Below, one piece after another: positions 10,267 to 19,861 of a stretch of 64,000 bases of DNA. A model generated the notes under the pieces. That model ran no database searches. It was not told the DNA's origin and saw only the letters and a program-made list of their open reading frames with translations. Made by a program: the position numbers and the translations under genes. Each line of letters starts with the position of its first letter. The first letter of the stretch is position 1. This DNA comes from a bacterium (lineage in GTDB: Bacteria > UBP14 > UBA6098 > JAFGQG01): positions 2,662 through 66,661 of the forward strand of contig JAFGGQ010000096.1 of the NCBI GenBank assembly GCA_016930435.1. Direction: 5' to 3'.

Positions 10267-11553
10267 ATGAAAAAAATATTTAAGATTACCATACTGGTAG
10301 CCCTATTTGCATTGCTCGGCGCTGGTTGTGGTAAAGCCCCTTCGGCTTCTGTAGAACCCCTGAACTGGGATTTCGGCAGTGTATTGCCACGCACAGAGGC
10401 GGAACAGACCATCTCCCTGGAGAATACCGGGGAAGCCACCCTCAATCTTGATAGCCTTACTACCTCTACCTCATCTCTAAGGGTACTGGAATCACCCCAG
10501 GCCATTTTGCCCCTGGAAAAAAAATACCTGAAAATCGAATTTAAAGCTCCCGCAGATACCGGAAGCTTCGCGGAAACACTCTATATCTTTACTGACGACC
10601 CCCAAAAAAAACGGATACCAATAATCGTTTTTGGCGAGGTACTTGCCGGAAAACTCACCCCGGATAACCAGAAAATTGTCCTGATCCCTACTCAGACTAC
10701 CTCCAAGCTGGAGGAAGATATCCTTTTTGTGCAAGCCCTTACAAAACAGCTGCTGATCGAGCTGGATTCCCGTGATGACCTGCAACTGGTACCCGCTGAC
10801 GAGATAATCAAGGGGCTTACACAGGATCCCCAGTATATGCAGAGAGAAACCCACGAATTATTTCGTAAATGGGCAAATATTCTGGGTATCAGGTTTGTGC
10901 TATTTACCCAATTGGAAAGGACAAACAGCGAACTTTACGTAATCCTTAATTTGACAGATGGTTATTTCAAGTACCCGATTGCCCGGAAGATCCCCTTCAA
11001 AGGCGACCCTGATCCGGGATTGATCACTGCAACCTTCAAGCAGCTCTATGCCAACCTTGGGGGCGAACAGCAGAAGATTATGCAGATGGCCCTGCAGAAG
11101 GAGTGGATGGATAAGCGATCTGCTCTTCTTAATAAACCCGCTCCCGATTTTAAGCTAATAGACATTCGGGAGAAAAAAATGGTGCGGCTTAAGGATTTTC
11201 TCGGGAAAACCGTGGTACTCCACTTTTTCAGTCTGGAATGCGATGCCTGCGAAAAGGAAATGGTCTGGATGGAACGAATAATGAACTCAGGGGATAACGT
11301 GATAGTACTTGGGATATGCATAGATATCGGGCTTAAGGAAGAGGTGCTCCGGTTCATTGCGGACAAGGATATCTCCTATCCTGTTCTGCTTCCAATGAGC
11401 GCTGATGAGGATGGACAATTGGAGCCCTATTACGGTGGCGGAACACCGATAACGGTGGTTATCGACAAGACGGGTACGGTGAGGGAATCCCTGGTTGGAT
11501 TTTCCCAGAAGGGTCTGGACGCGATCGAAAAAATGGTGAAGGAACTCAATTAG
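10267..11553 (+). CDS. lipoprotein with DUF1573-like N-terminal domain and C-terminal TlpA/redoxin-like thioredoxin domain
   Basis: Lipobox LLGAGCGK; C-terminal ...VVLHFFSLECDACEKEM... (CxxC in thioredoxin-fold context) ...GGGTPITVVIDKTGTV. Confidence 0.7.
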   Translation: MKKIFKITILVALFALLGAGCGKAPSASVEPLNWDFGSVLPRTEAEQTISLENTGEATLNLDSLTTSTSSLRVLESPQAILPLEKKYLKIEFKAPADTGSFAETLYIFTDDPQKKRIPIIVFGEVLAGKLTPDNQKIVLIPTQTTSKLEEDILFVQALTKQLLIELDSRDDLQLVPADEIIKGLTQDPQYMQRETHELFRKWANILGIRFVLFTQLERTNSELYVILNLTDGYFKYPIARKIPFKGDPDPGLITATFKQLYANLGGEQQKIMQMALQKEWMDKRSALLNKPAPDFKLIDIREKKMVRLKDFLGKTVVLHFFSLECDACEKEMVWMERIMNSGDNVIVLGICIDIGLKEEVLRFIADKDISYPVLLPMSADEDGQLEPYYGGGTPITVVIDKTGTVRESLVGFSQKGLDAIEKMVKELN

Positions 11554-11574
11554 AGCATTCCGGTCGGAATTAGA

Positions 11575-11946
11575 ATGGCTATGGCAAAACGAAAGATTCA
11601 CATATACTGGCTTCAGTTCCTTGTATTGGCGATCTGGGTAGGGGTAATGGAGGTAATTATACCCGCCGGATTTTACCCGGAATTAAAACGCTTTATCATC
11701 AATTTCCTGGTGGTTATGACCGGGATTCTGGCCTTTGAGCCGATAGCCGCGTACGTTTGGAAATATGTTGTGGTTTCCCTTGTGGCCAGCATGCTAATCG
11801 AGGCACTGCGCAAGGTGGGCATCTGGTATATGAGGAGCGGGATTTCCCTTCATCGTATCGGCGGCCCGGTACTTACCCTCCTGGTCATTACTATTGTGGC
11901 GTTCATGATTGCCCGGGCCCTGCAAAAAGATAAATTTAAGGTATGA
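11575..11946 (+). CDS. hypothetical small membrane protein
   Basis: 123 aa, 3-4 predicted TM helices, follows TlpA-like gene on same strand. Confidence 0.4.
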   Translation: MAMAKRKIHIYWLQFLVLAIWVGVMEVIIPAGFYPELKRFIINFLVVMTGILAFEPIAAYVWKYVVVSLVASMLIEALRKVGIWYMRSGISLHRIGGPVLTLLVITIVAFMIARALQKDKFKV

Positions 11947-12018
11947 AACTTATAATATACGATATAAACCGTTGATACCAGCGGTTTTTCAGGGGAACCA
12001 AAAAAATTATTTTTTTCC

Positions 12019-12046
12019 TTGCCAAAGCGTTATTTTTTTATAAAAT
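12019..12046 (+). promoter_or_regulatory. candidate sigma70-type promoter of groES-groEL (TTGCCA-N16-TAAAAT)
   Basis: Hexamers read directly; about 75 nt upstream of groES ATG; no CIRCE inverted repeat recognisable. Confidence 0.35.
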
Positions 12047-12121
12047 TATATGGCTTTATTAAAATGGACTACTATTCATACTTAGCAACATTATAAACTA
12101 TTTAAACTTAAGGAGGGATAA

Positions 12122-12409
12122 ATGAAGATAAAACCCTTATCTGACCGCATTCTGGTAAAACCCAAAGAGGTGGAAGAGGTGAAGAAGGGAGGTATAATCA
12201 TCCCTGATACTGCCAAGGAAAAGCCTCAGGAGGGTTTGGTTATCGAGGTCGGTACTGGTCGAATTACAGATGATGGGAAATCCGTCCCGATAAGCGTAAA
12301 AAAGGGCGATAAAGTACTCTACGGAAAGTATTCAGGTACCGAGATCACCATCGATGAAGAAGAATACCTGATAATGCGCGAGAGTGACATTCTGGCGATT
12401 GTGGGTTAA
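12122..12409 (+). CDS. groS: co-chaperonin GroES
   Basis: 95 aa, [14 protein letters not shown]...[16 protein letters not shown]...; SD AAGGAGGG 6 nt upstream. Confidence 0.95.
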   Translation: MKIKPLSDRILVKPKEVEEVKKGGIIIPDTAKEKPQEGLVIEVGTGRITDDGKSVPISVKKGDKVLYGKYSGTEITIDEEEYLIMRESDILAIVG

Positions 12410-12446
12410 TAACTGTATTCAAGGAATATTAAGGAGGTTGAAGTAA

Positions 12447-14066
<1,620 letters not shown>

Positions 14067-14082
14067 TCCTGATTACAATACT

Positions 14083-14116
14083 GATACTTATGCGCCCCCT
14101 TCGGTCTTGCCGGAGG
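14083..14116 (+). terminator. intrinsic terminator of groESL
   Basis: 12-bp GC-rich stem (CGCCCCCTTCGG / CCGGAGGGGGCG), 5-nt loop, followed by TTTCT, 17 nt after groEL stop. Confidence 0.7.
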
Positions 14117-14130
14117 GGGCGTTTCTATTA

Positions 14131-14450
14131 CCTGTATTCAGCGTTAACTGTAAAAAAACAATGGCGAAACCTCCTAAGTTTGTTGTAAACCAAGCTTTAG
14201 AAAAACATCATCAAACAAGGAGGTTTCACCTAAATTGTGAAAATAAAATGTGAAATACCAGATAAAAAAGTAATCGAAATTTTATTAGTGAAAAGATAAA
14301 GAAGAATTTAGGCCAAAGTATTTATTATTATTATTCTAATTCAAATAGGTTAACTAATTATTTTTAGATACTTACTTCGTATTATTCTGTCTTTCTAAAG
14401 TCTCTGAGTATCAGGTTTACCTCGCCGCCTTACCGAAATTCTATGAATTA
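14131..14450 (+). repeat. noncoding dispersed element Rep-A, copy 1 (core 14131-14311; weaker similarity continues to about 14450)
   Basis: About 80% identical to 32138-32490; contains long hairpin with arms GAAACCTCCT (14165-14174) and AGGAGGTTTC (14217-14226), i.e. an anti-SD-like and an SD-like arm; the spurious ORF 13951..14253 lies on top of it. Confidence 0.6.
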
Positions 14451-14470
14451 AATAATATAATGATCAACGC

Positions 14471-14512
14471 GGATTACGCGCGGCTATAAGCCGTCGCCTG
14501 CAACCCGTTGTT
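14471..14512 (-). repeat. about 42-nt structured element R, copy A (immediately 3' of GNAT gene)
   Basis: cgcgcgGCTATAAGCCGTCGCCTGCAACCCGTTGTT aligns with 15330-15371 (about 33/42 identical); imperfect hairpin CGGCT-tat-AGCCG extended by GCG/CGC with a bulged A. Confidence 0.5.
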
Positions 14513-14518
14513 ATGTGC

Positions 14519-15283
14519 CTATCGCTTGCCGACGATTTTATCGAACCGACTCTCCATGCATACGCTTATGTCTGTAGTGATGAACTTCCCATCCAAGAAA
14601 AGGCTGAATATCGTTGCCGGAGATGGACACATCTGAGCCTCTTCCATGGTTTCGAGCTTAATTGCTTTGAGCGAAAGACCCCGATTCTTAGCAGTCTCAA
14701 CGAGTGAGTTCTCTACGTGGTATTCGGAATACGGGCAACGGTTTGAATAATAGACAACAATACCGTTTTGATCCGGGCATGTGCCGCTTCGCACCGATTG
14801 GTTGAAATAGGGTTGGGCGACTGATGACTCAAAGTCAATGGATATGAGACTGAAACCCGACGGTACACTCTCAATTACCTCAAACCCTTGCCTCAGCAAC
14901 CATTTCGTATCACTCATGAAATGGTATTTCTTCGTGCCTACAACGGTCACAAGACCACTTTTGCCCTGGTTCTTTGCTGCTTCAATTGCCTCGTTTAGCA
15001 AGGCTTTGCCATGGCCGTGGCCTTTGAACTTCCCGGAAACCCAAAAACACCCGATCATTATATAATTCGGTGCCGTTACTGGAACCCAGGATTTTTCAGC
15101 CGGGCCATACTCGATAAACACTTTTGCCCGTTCATCAAGTCGGCGAAACACGTATCCGTTTTCAAATTGCGCTCTGAGCCATTGTTTCTTTAGCTCGTAG
15201 CTCTTAGCACATTTCTTGTCGGAAAAGGCACAACAAATGTGTTCATCCTTGATGTTCTCTTTTGTTAACGTCACATACGTCAT
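14519..15283 (-). CDS. GNAT family N-acetyltransferase with C-terminal YoaP-like domain
   Basis: GNAT core (...IMIGCFWVSGKFKGHGHGKALLNEAIEAA...) followed by Cys-rich YoaP-like C-terminal domain (...GIVVYYSNRCPYSEYHV...). Confidence 0.7.
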   Translation of the reverse strand: MTYVTLTKENIKDEHICCAFSDKKCAKSYELKKQWLRAQFENGYVFRRLDERAKVFIEYGPAEKSWVPVTAPNYIMIGCFWVSGKFKGHGHGKALLNEAIEAAKNQGKSGLVTVVGTKKYHFMSDTKWLLRQGFEVIESVPSGFSLISIDFESSVAQPYFNQSVRSGTCPDQNGIVVYYSNRCPYSEYHVENSLVETAKNRGLSLKAIKLETMEEAQMCPSPATIFSLFLDGKFITTDISVCMESRFDKIVGKR

Positions 15284-15329
15284 TTCTCATCTCCCCTAAC
15301 GTGCCGCCCAAAGCGGGGCGAAGGGTTAA

Positions 15330-15371
15330 GTATCACACGCAGCTATCAGCCGTCGCGTGCATCCGGCTTGT
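15330..15371 (-). repeat. about 42-nt structured element R, copy B (overlaps last 8 codons and stop of DUF1835 gene)
   Basis: cacgcaGCTATCAGCCGTCGCGTGCATCCGGCTTGTT; same hairpin architecture as copy A; followed on the gene strand by ACTTAAC...small hairpin...GTTAGGG just before the GNAT start. Confidence 0.5.
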
Positions 15372-16257
15372 TCGGCAATGCTGTGATTCTGAAGTCCCCA
15401 AGTGACAGTTCACTTTCCCATTGGGGCAATCTATCTGCTGGGCCCTGGATTTGCACGAGTGGAGGCGTACGGCCTGCAAGTCCGTTGATCTTGGCCCACA
15501 ACGTCGTGTCACCCCAGAACTGTGGCGGTGTATCAGCGGATGCAACGGATGCAAGGATGCTGCCAGGCGTTTCGTTACCTTCCCGGATTGCTGTGAGGGC
15601 AAGGCTTTCAAGTCGTCCCAATCCACCTTTCTGGTCGGGTTGTTCCTGTATCCATCGTGCCACGGCGGCGGGAACCCAGGGCAAGGGAGCCTTGATAATC
15701 TCCGACAGTTTTTCGAACAAGGCAGCATCCTGTGTTGCGAATGCCTTATCGACTACCTTGGCGAATCTGAATTGCTCCTCGGTAACAGCGCTTCGCCTGC
15801 CATAGAGCGATGCAAGTTGGTCGGGCCGCAGTTGCCCGAGCCCGTTGAACGGTACTATTCCGGGGAATGTATCTACGCAGATGAGTTCCACGTTGACGGC
15901 GTCCTTTAGGTGCAGGCATGTCATAATATGGGCGAGCATGGACTGGTCAAAAAGGCATGCATCGAACCACAGGACGATATGCTCTCGGGTGGTGGATTCC
16001 GCCAGCCTTCGGTACTGATTCCGCAGTGTCTCAAGAACAAGCTGCTTGTCCAATCCACCTGCGGTAGCTTCTTCCAGAAAGACCGCCCGGGCATTAAGAA
16101 TATCCTCATCAGGCCATCCGGGATGTCGAGGCCCCTCATACATAATGTCGTGCCAAACGAACACTTCCCCGGGAAGCCCGGCCCTTGCAAGGCTTCCTCC
16201 TGCGCTGTCACCACTTGTGATGTGAAGAGTGTTCTCCATTTCTTCCTCAGCCAACAT
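15346..16257 (-). CDS. DUF1835(/DUF3658)-type protein
   Basis: N-terminal LHITSGDSAGGSL motif characteristic of DUF1835; GC and GC3 clearly higher than neighbours; TGA stop. Confidence 0.6.
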   Translation of the reverse strand: MLAEEEMENTLHITSGDSAGGSLARAGLPGEVFVWHDIMYEGPRHPGWPDEDILNARAVFLEEATAGGLDKQLVLETLRNQYRRLAESTTREHIVLWFDACLFDQSMLAHIMTCLHLKDAVNVELICVDTFPGIVPFNGLGQLRPDQLASLYGRRSAVTEEQFRFAKVVDKAFATQDAALFEKLSEIIKAPLPWVPAAVARWIQEQPDQKGGLGRLESLALTAIREGNETPGSILASVASADTPPQFWGDTTLWAKINGLAGRTPPLVQIQGPADRLPQWESELSLGDFRITALPNKPDARDG

Positions 16258-16413
16258 CTCCGAGTATCACTTGCCTCGAAGGCTTTCGGAAATTAGTTGC
16301 TCTTGTTACTGACATTAAATATCTCATATCTTGCCATATTTGTTTATCATAAAATACCATTGTTGTCAATGTGGAAACTCTGGTTAGAAGGCAATTATAG
16401 CAATGTTATGAAT

Positions 16414-16764
16414 TCAATTACCATAGTTCAAGTAATCTTCCAAAACAAATATTTCTATCTCTTTAATTGACTTAAGATTCCTATCGTTTGTAATAAAAAG
16501 ACTAGCACTGTTTTCGATACACGTAGCAATTTGTATTGCATCAGGGGTTCATACCCCATATTGTGCCCTGATTTCCGCAGCCTTCTCTGCAATAATCGGG
16601 TCAATTGAGAAAATGACAAAATTAGCTGAATTAAGAAGAAAATGTTTGTATTTTTCTACTAGCTTCGTTCTAGATTGTCTCAGAGGCAGTGAAAGAACTT
16701 CTAACAAAGTAATTACTGATGAAAAGGCAAGATAATTGGAATCATCCTTTATTATTTTTCCCAA
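16414..16764 (-). pseudogene. PIN-domain (VapC-like) toxin gene interrupted by in-frame TGA at 16546-16548
   Basis: TTG start overlapping antitoxin stop; N-part ...FSIDPIIAEKAAEIRAQYGV then TGA, then same frame continues TPDAIQIATCIENSASLFITNDRNLKSIKEIEIFVLEDYLNYGN (canonical PIN C-terminus); TGA is used as a genuine stop elsewhere in the window (e.g. 26171, 15346). Confidence 0.6.
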
Positions 16765-16867
16765 TGACTATTGATATTTCCGAAATTAATTTTGAAAAAA
16801 GAACTAGTTTTTCATTATCGTTAAGTTTTGATATCTTTTTATAGATTGTTTCAGTTGCATTGTTCAT
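16742..16867 (-). CDS. DUF2281-like antitoxin (41 aa)
   Basis: MNNATETIYKKISKLNDNEKLVLFSKLISEISIVIGKNNKG; stop overlaps start of the PIN gene (GATGA junction); not in ORF track (too short). Confidence 0.5.
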   Translation of the reverse strand: MNNATETIYKKISKLNDNEKLVLFSKLISEISIVIGKNNKG

Positions 16868-16920
16868 ATTAAATCATCTCCGATTTTATCCCGAAGTCTA
16901 TATTCTTTGAACGGAAAGAC

Positions 16921-18426
16921 TTATCTTAATAGAATTACTTTCTGGGTAGTCTCATACTGGTTTACCCGGAAGTAGCAAAAGTATATCCCGGAGCCAAATT
17001 CCGGTGTAGCTTCCCACTTTAACTTGTAATTCCCGGGCAGTAGATATTCCAGTGGGTAAGATTTGGCCACCCTACCGGAAAGGTCGTAGAAAATCCTCTT
17101 TACCCAGGAGCCGCGGGTGATCTGGTAGTCAATGGAAACATTGGAATTAAACGGATTGGGATAAGCGTTGATATTTATGATCAGTATTTCCCGATTAATA
17201 GCACCGGGGATGTATTCATCGGCGCCAATGTCCCAACCCCTTCCGAAAGGCCTGGTGTCCCCCTCAATATCGATATATGGGGCCATCAATGTATCACCCC
17301 AGGGGGAAAAAATGTATTGGGATCCGGTGTTTATACAGCGCGAGCTGTCAGAGAGATGATAGAGAGTATCCCGGAAATAGGGATCCGTTCGAAAAATTCC
17401 CCGCTCCCAGATAAAAATACCCGCAAAGGTTTCCCGAAAACACTTGGTGCTGTCCAGATTAGTATGACTGACGTAAACTGTGCATGGATATACATTCTCA
17501 CCGTAAGCATAATAGCGAAGATAGATTTCGTCACCCCGTAAAGCCTGATTCCCCCACATTATGTTATTGAAGCTTTCAATATTCACCTTCTGGTAACAAT
17601 AAACAGCGCCTCCCACTGAATCGGCGCAATTGTCGGCGATGGTATTATTGATCATGGTTGGATAGCAGTTCCATTCACAAGAAATTCCCCCGCCCGATTT
17701 TACCGAATGATTTGATACTATCATATTATTTACAATCCGGGCAGAAGACCTGTAGCATGCGATCCCACCGCCATCTTTGGAAGCCGTGCTATGAGCGATG
17801 TAATTATCTGAGATCACCGGATCGCACTGATTACGGCAACAGATAGCCCCGCCTTCCCCATTATCAGCAACGTTAAAATAGAATCGGCAGCCTTTTATAA
17901 TTGGACTCGATAGATTTAAACAACAGATAGCCCCACCCTTGTCCGCATAGCAATTTCTGAAAGTGCAGTTGATGATAGAGGGGCTGCTCTCATAGCAGTA
18001 GATAGCCCCTCCGAAACGCTCTGTAGATGTCCCAAGGGCATTCCCGTACTCGAAATCGCAGTAAACAAGGCTGCAGAGTTCGGCATTCCGTTCAAAACGG
18101 ATACCCTGAAACCCGCCACTGGTATCGGTTAATACGGTATCCTCCACCTTGAAAAGGATGTGCTCCCAATAGGTACCCTGTGCGTTTATCACCGCTTCAT
18201 CCCTGACCAGTATCCTGTAATGCCCCCGGAAAATTACTTCCACACCCGGCCCTATATTCAGTGTGCTGTCGTTTGGAATGGCTAAATCCCCAATAACCAC
18301 GTAGGGAGAACCGGGAGCCTCCCATTGCCCTGAAACATTACCCGTTACAAAGGTGCTGTCCCCATAAAGGAAATTTATTGAGAAAAAAATGGCTATAATT
18401 AAAATTAACCATCCCTTTTTATTCAT
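16921..18426 (-). CDS. right-handed parallel beta-helix repeat protein with T9SS C-terminal sorting domain
   Basis: Signal peptide; repeated GGAIYC/GGAICC beta-helix rungs; C-terminal ...AYPNPFNSNVSIDYQI...GIYFCYF... Por-type CTD. Confidence 0.75.
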   Translation of the reverse strand: MNKKGWLILIIAIFFSINFLYGDSTFVTGNVSGQWEAPGSPYVVIGDLAIPNDSTLNIGPGVEVIFRGHYRILVRDEAVINAQGTYWEHILFKVEDTVLTDTSGGFQGIRFERNAELCSLVYCDFEYGNALGTSTERFGGAIYCYESSPSIINCTFRNCYADKGGAICCLNLSSPIIKGCRFYFNVADNGEGGAICCRNQCDPVISDNYIAHSTASKDGGGIACYRSSARIVNNMIVSNHSVKSGGGISCEWNCYPTMINNTIADNCADSVGGAVYCYQKVNIESFNNIMWGNQALRGDEIYLRYYAYGENVYPCTVYVSHTNLDSTKCFRETFAGIFIWERGIFRTDPYFRDTLYHLSDSSRCINTGSQYIFSPWGDTLMAPYIDIEGDTRPFGRGWDIGADEYIPGAINREILIININAYPNPFNSNVSIDYQITRGSWVKRIFYDLSGRVAKSYPLEYLLPGNYKLKWEATPEFGSGIYFCYFRVNQYETTQKVILLR

Positions 18427-18628
18427 AAAGAACGCCCCTTTCCGGCTAAATCATCATTAACTTCACAAACAACAAAGGAATACTTCTCTATTTATGTTAT
18501 ATCATAATATAAATATAAAGAAAACGCAATAAAAAAAGTATATTTATTATTTTGGAGAGCCTAACCCTGAAAAGAGCTTCATAGATTTTTGGAAACCAGC
18601 AGCCTTTTTACCTGAGGATTTCAGGAAC

Positions 18629-19834
18629 CTACAGGTTATCCGCTAAAACCTTGACAATATTTTCTCTATTTGTTAAACTATTATTAAGAATAATGGCGAA
18701 GCACAGGGTTTTCCCGAGATTGCTTGAATCGAAATAACCGGCCAGGGTATTCACATTGTTGAGGGTTCCGGTCTTTGCGTAGATCCCTTCATTCATGGGA
18801 AGCAGCTCCCTGTAGGGGAAGAAGGATCGCAGGAGAGTACACATCTGGAGGGCGGTTATCTGGTTCTGACGGGAAATACCGGATCCCTCGGTAATGGAAA
18901 AGGTTTCATCTTGAAATTTCTCGCGGAGGTATTCAGTAAGGGCATCCGTCCCCTTGCGCAGTGTAGCCGGGGGACCGTATTTCCGGGCGCCGAGGTAAAG
19001 TAAAAGCTGGTTAGCTATGAGATTGTTGGAATATTTAAAGAGACCCTGCAATACATCCTCCAGATCTTTCGATGATTCATGAACATAAAAGACACTTAGG
19101 TATTCAGGCACTTTCCGTTTCTGTATCCCGCCTTGAAATCTAATTCCATTCTGTTTGAATATCGCCTGTAGCAATTCCCCCGCGTATTTAAGCTGTAGTT
19201 CGGTGTCCGAAGCCAAATTGATCCTGAAAGTACCCTTTTTCCCCTGTGCCAGGGCTAACCTTTCCGCGGTATCGGTCAGGGGGGTTTGCTCCTCGGCGCT
19301 GCTCACCTTGTTTACGGAGGAGACGGATACAAAGATTGTATTGAAATTGACCAGCAAAGCCCCGTTCAGGGCATCATAGGGATTGAGACTATGTGAAATG
19401 CCGGGGATCACGATATGCGGTGCAAAGTAAGTATCATCCAGAAAGAGACCATTAAGCGGCTTCTCCTCTAGCAGGGGTGCTATTTCCTGGGCTATCAGGG
19501 AAATTTCCTCGGAGACAAAGTAAGGATCGCCATAACCTTTGACATAGAGGTTTCGAAGGCTGTCCAGATAAAATTGGGTTGGAAATCTAAATTGCGTGGA
19601 ACCGATTTCATGGATAAAAGCCTCAGCAGTGGCTATTTTCAGGATTGAGGCAGGTACCAGGAGTTTGTTTTCCCGAAGGGAATACAGGATGTTCCCATCC
19701 AGGTCGGTGACGCATACAGCGCCATCTCCGGCTAATTTCTCTACCTGGTTTTCCCATTCTTCCCGGCCGTTTGATCGACCCCAAAAAAGAAAAAGAAAGA
19801 TAAGGGCTGTAAGCAGCCTAAAGCAGTTTAACAT
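18629..19834 (-). CDS. D-alanyl-D-alanine carboxypeptidase/endopeptidase (PBP4/S13-like serine hydrolase)
   Basis: Signal peptide; SxxK active-site motif (PASILKIATA); overall PBP4-like length and composition. Confidence 0.7.
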   Translation of the reverse strand: MLNCFRLLTALIFLFLFWGRSNGREEWENQVEKLAGDGAVCVTDLDGNILYSLRENKLLVPASILKIATAEAFIHEIGSTQFRFPTQFYLDSLRNLYVKGYGDPYFVSEEISLIAQEIAPLLEEKPLNGLFLDDTYFAPHIVIPGISHSLNPYDALNGALLVNFNTIFVSVSSVNKVSSAEEQTPLTDTAERLALAQGKKGTFRINLASDTELQLKYAGELLQAIFKQNGIRFQGGIQKRKVPEYLSVFYVHESSKDLEDVLQGLFKYSNNLIANQLLLYLGARKYGPPATLRKGTDALTEYLREKFQDETFSITEGSGISRQNQITALQMCTLLRSFFPYRELLPMNEGIYAKTGTLNNVNTLAGYFDSSNLGKTLCFAIILNNSLTNRENIVKVLADNL

Positions 19835-19861
19835 GGAAATTTTTCTGCAATAAATTGACGT

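Noticed and set aside
12000-12121. CIRCE (HrcA operator) upstream of groES
   Set aside because: I looked for TTAGCACTC-N9-GAGTGCTAA and only a weak partial match (TTAGCAACATT) is present. I cannot support a CIRCE call. This is consistent with lineages lacking HrcA, but absence is not proven.
14131-14450. Rep-A identified as a known structured RNA (tmRNA, SRP RNA, RNase P RNA or 6S)
   Set aside because: It has no tRNA-like ends or ANDENYALAA-type tag ORF, so it is not tmRNA. It lacks the SRP domain IV motif and the RNase P conserved regions. Its identity remains open.
14471-15371. Calling the R elements bona fide integron attC sites
   Set aside because: The units are only about 38-55 nt, the R''/R' boxes deviate from the RYYYAAC/GTTRRRY consensus, and no intI gene is present. 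The resemblance is kept as a hypothesis in the findings and is not annotated as attC.
15368-16296. Plus-strand ORFs 15368..15805, 15421..15909 and 15910..16296 opposite the DUF1835 gene
   Set aside because: These are GC-rich antisense frames of a clearly coding minus-strand gene with a recognisable N-terminal motif. They have no RBS or start context.
16546-16548. In-frame TGA in the PIN gene read as recoding (selenocysteine, or Gly/Trp reassignment)
   Set aside because: Other genes in the window terminate at TGA (26171..26653 and 15346..16257). No SECIS-like hairpin follows. A nonsense mutation or pseudogene is the simpler explanation.
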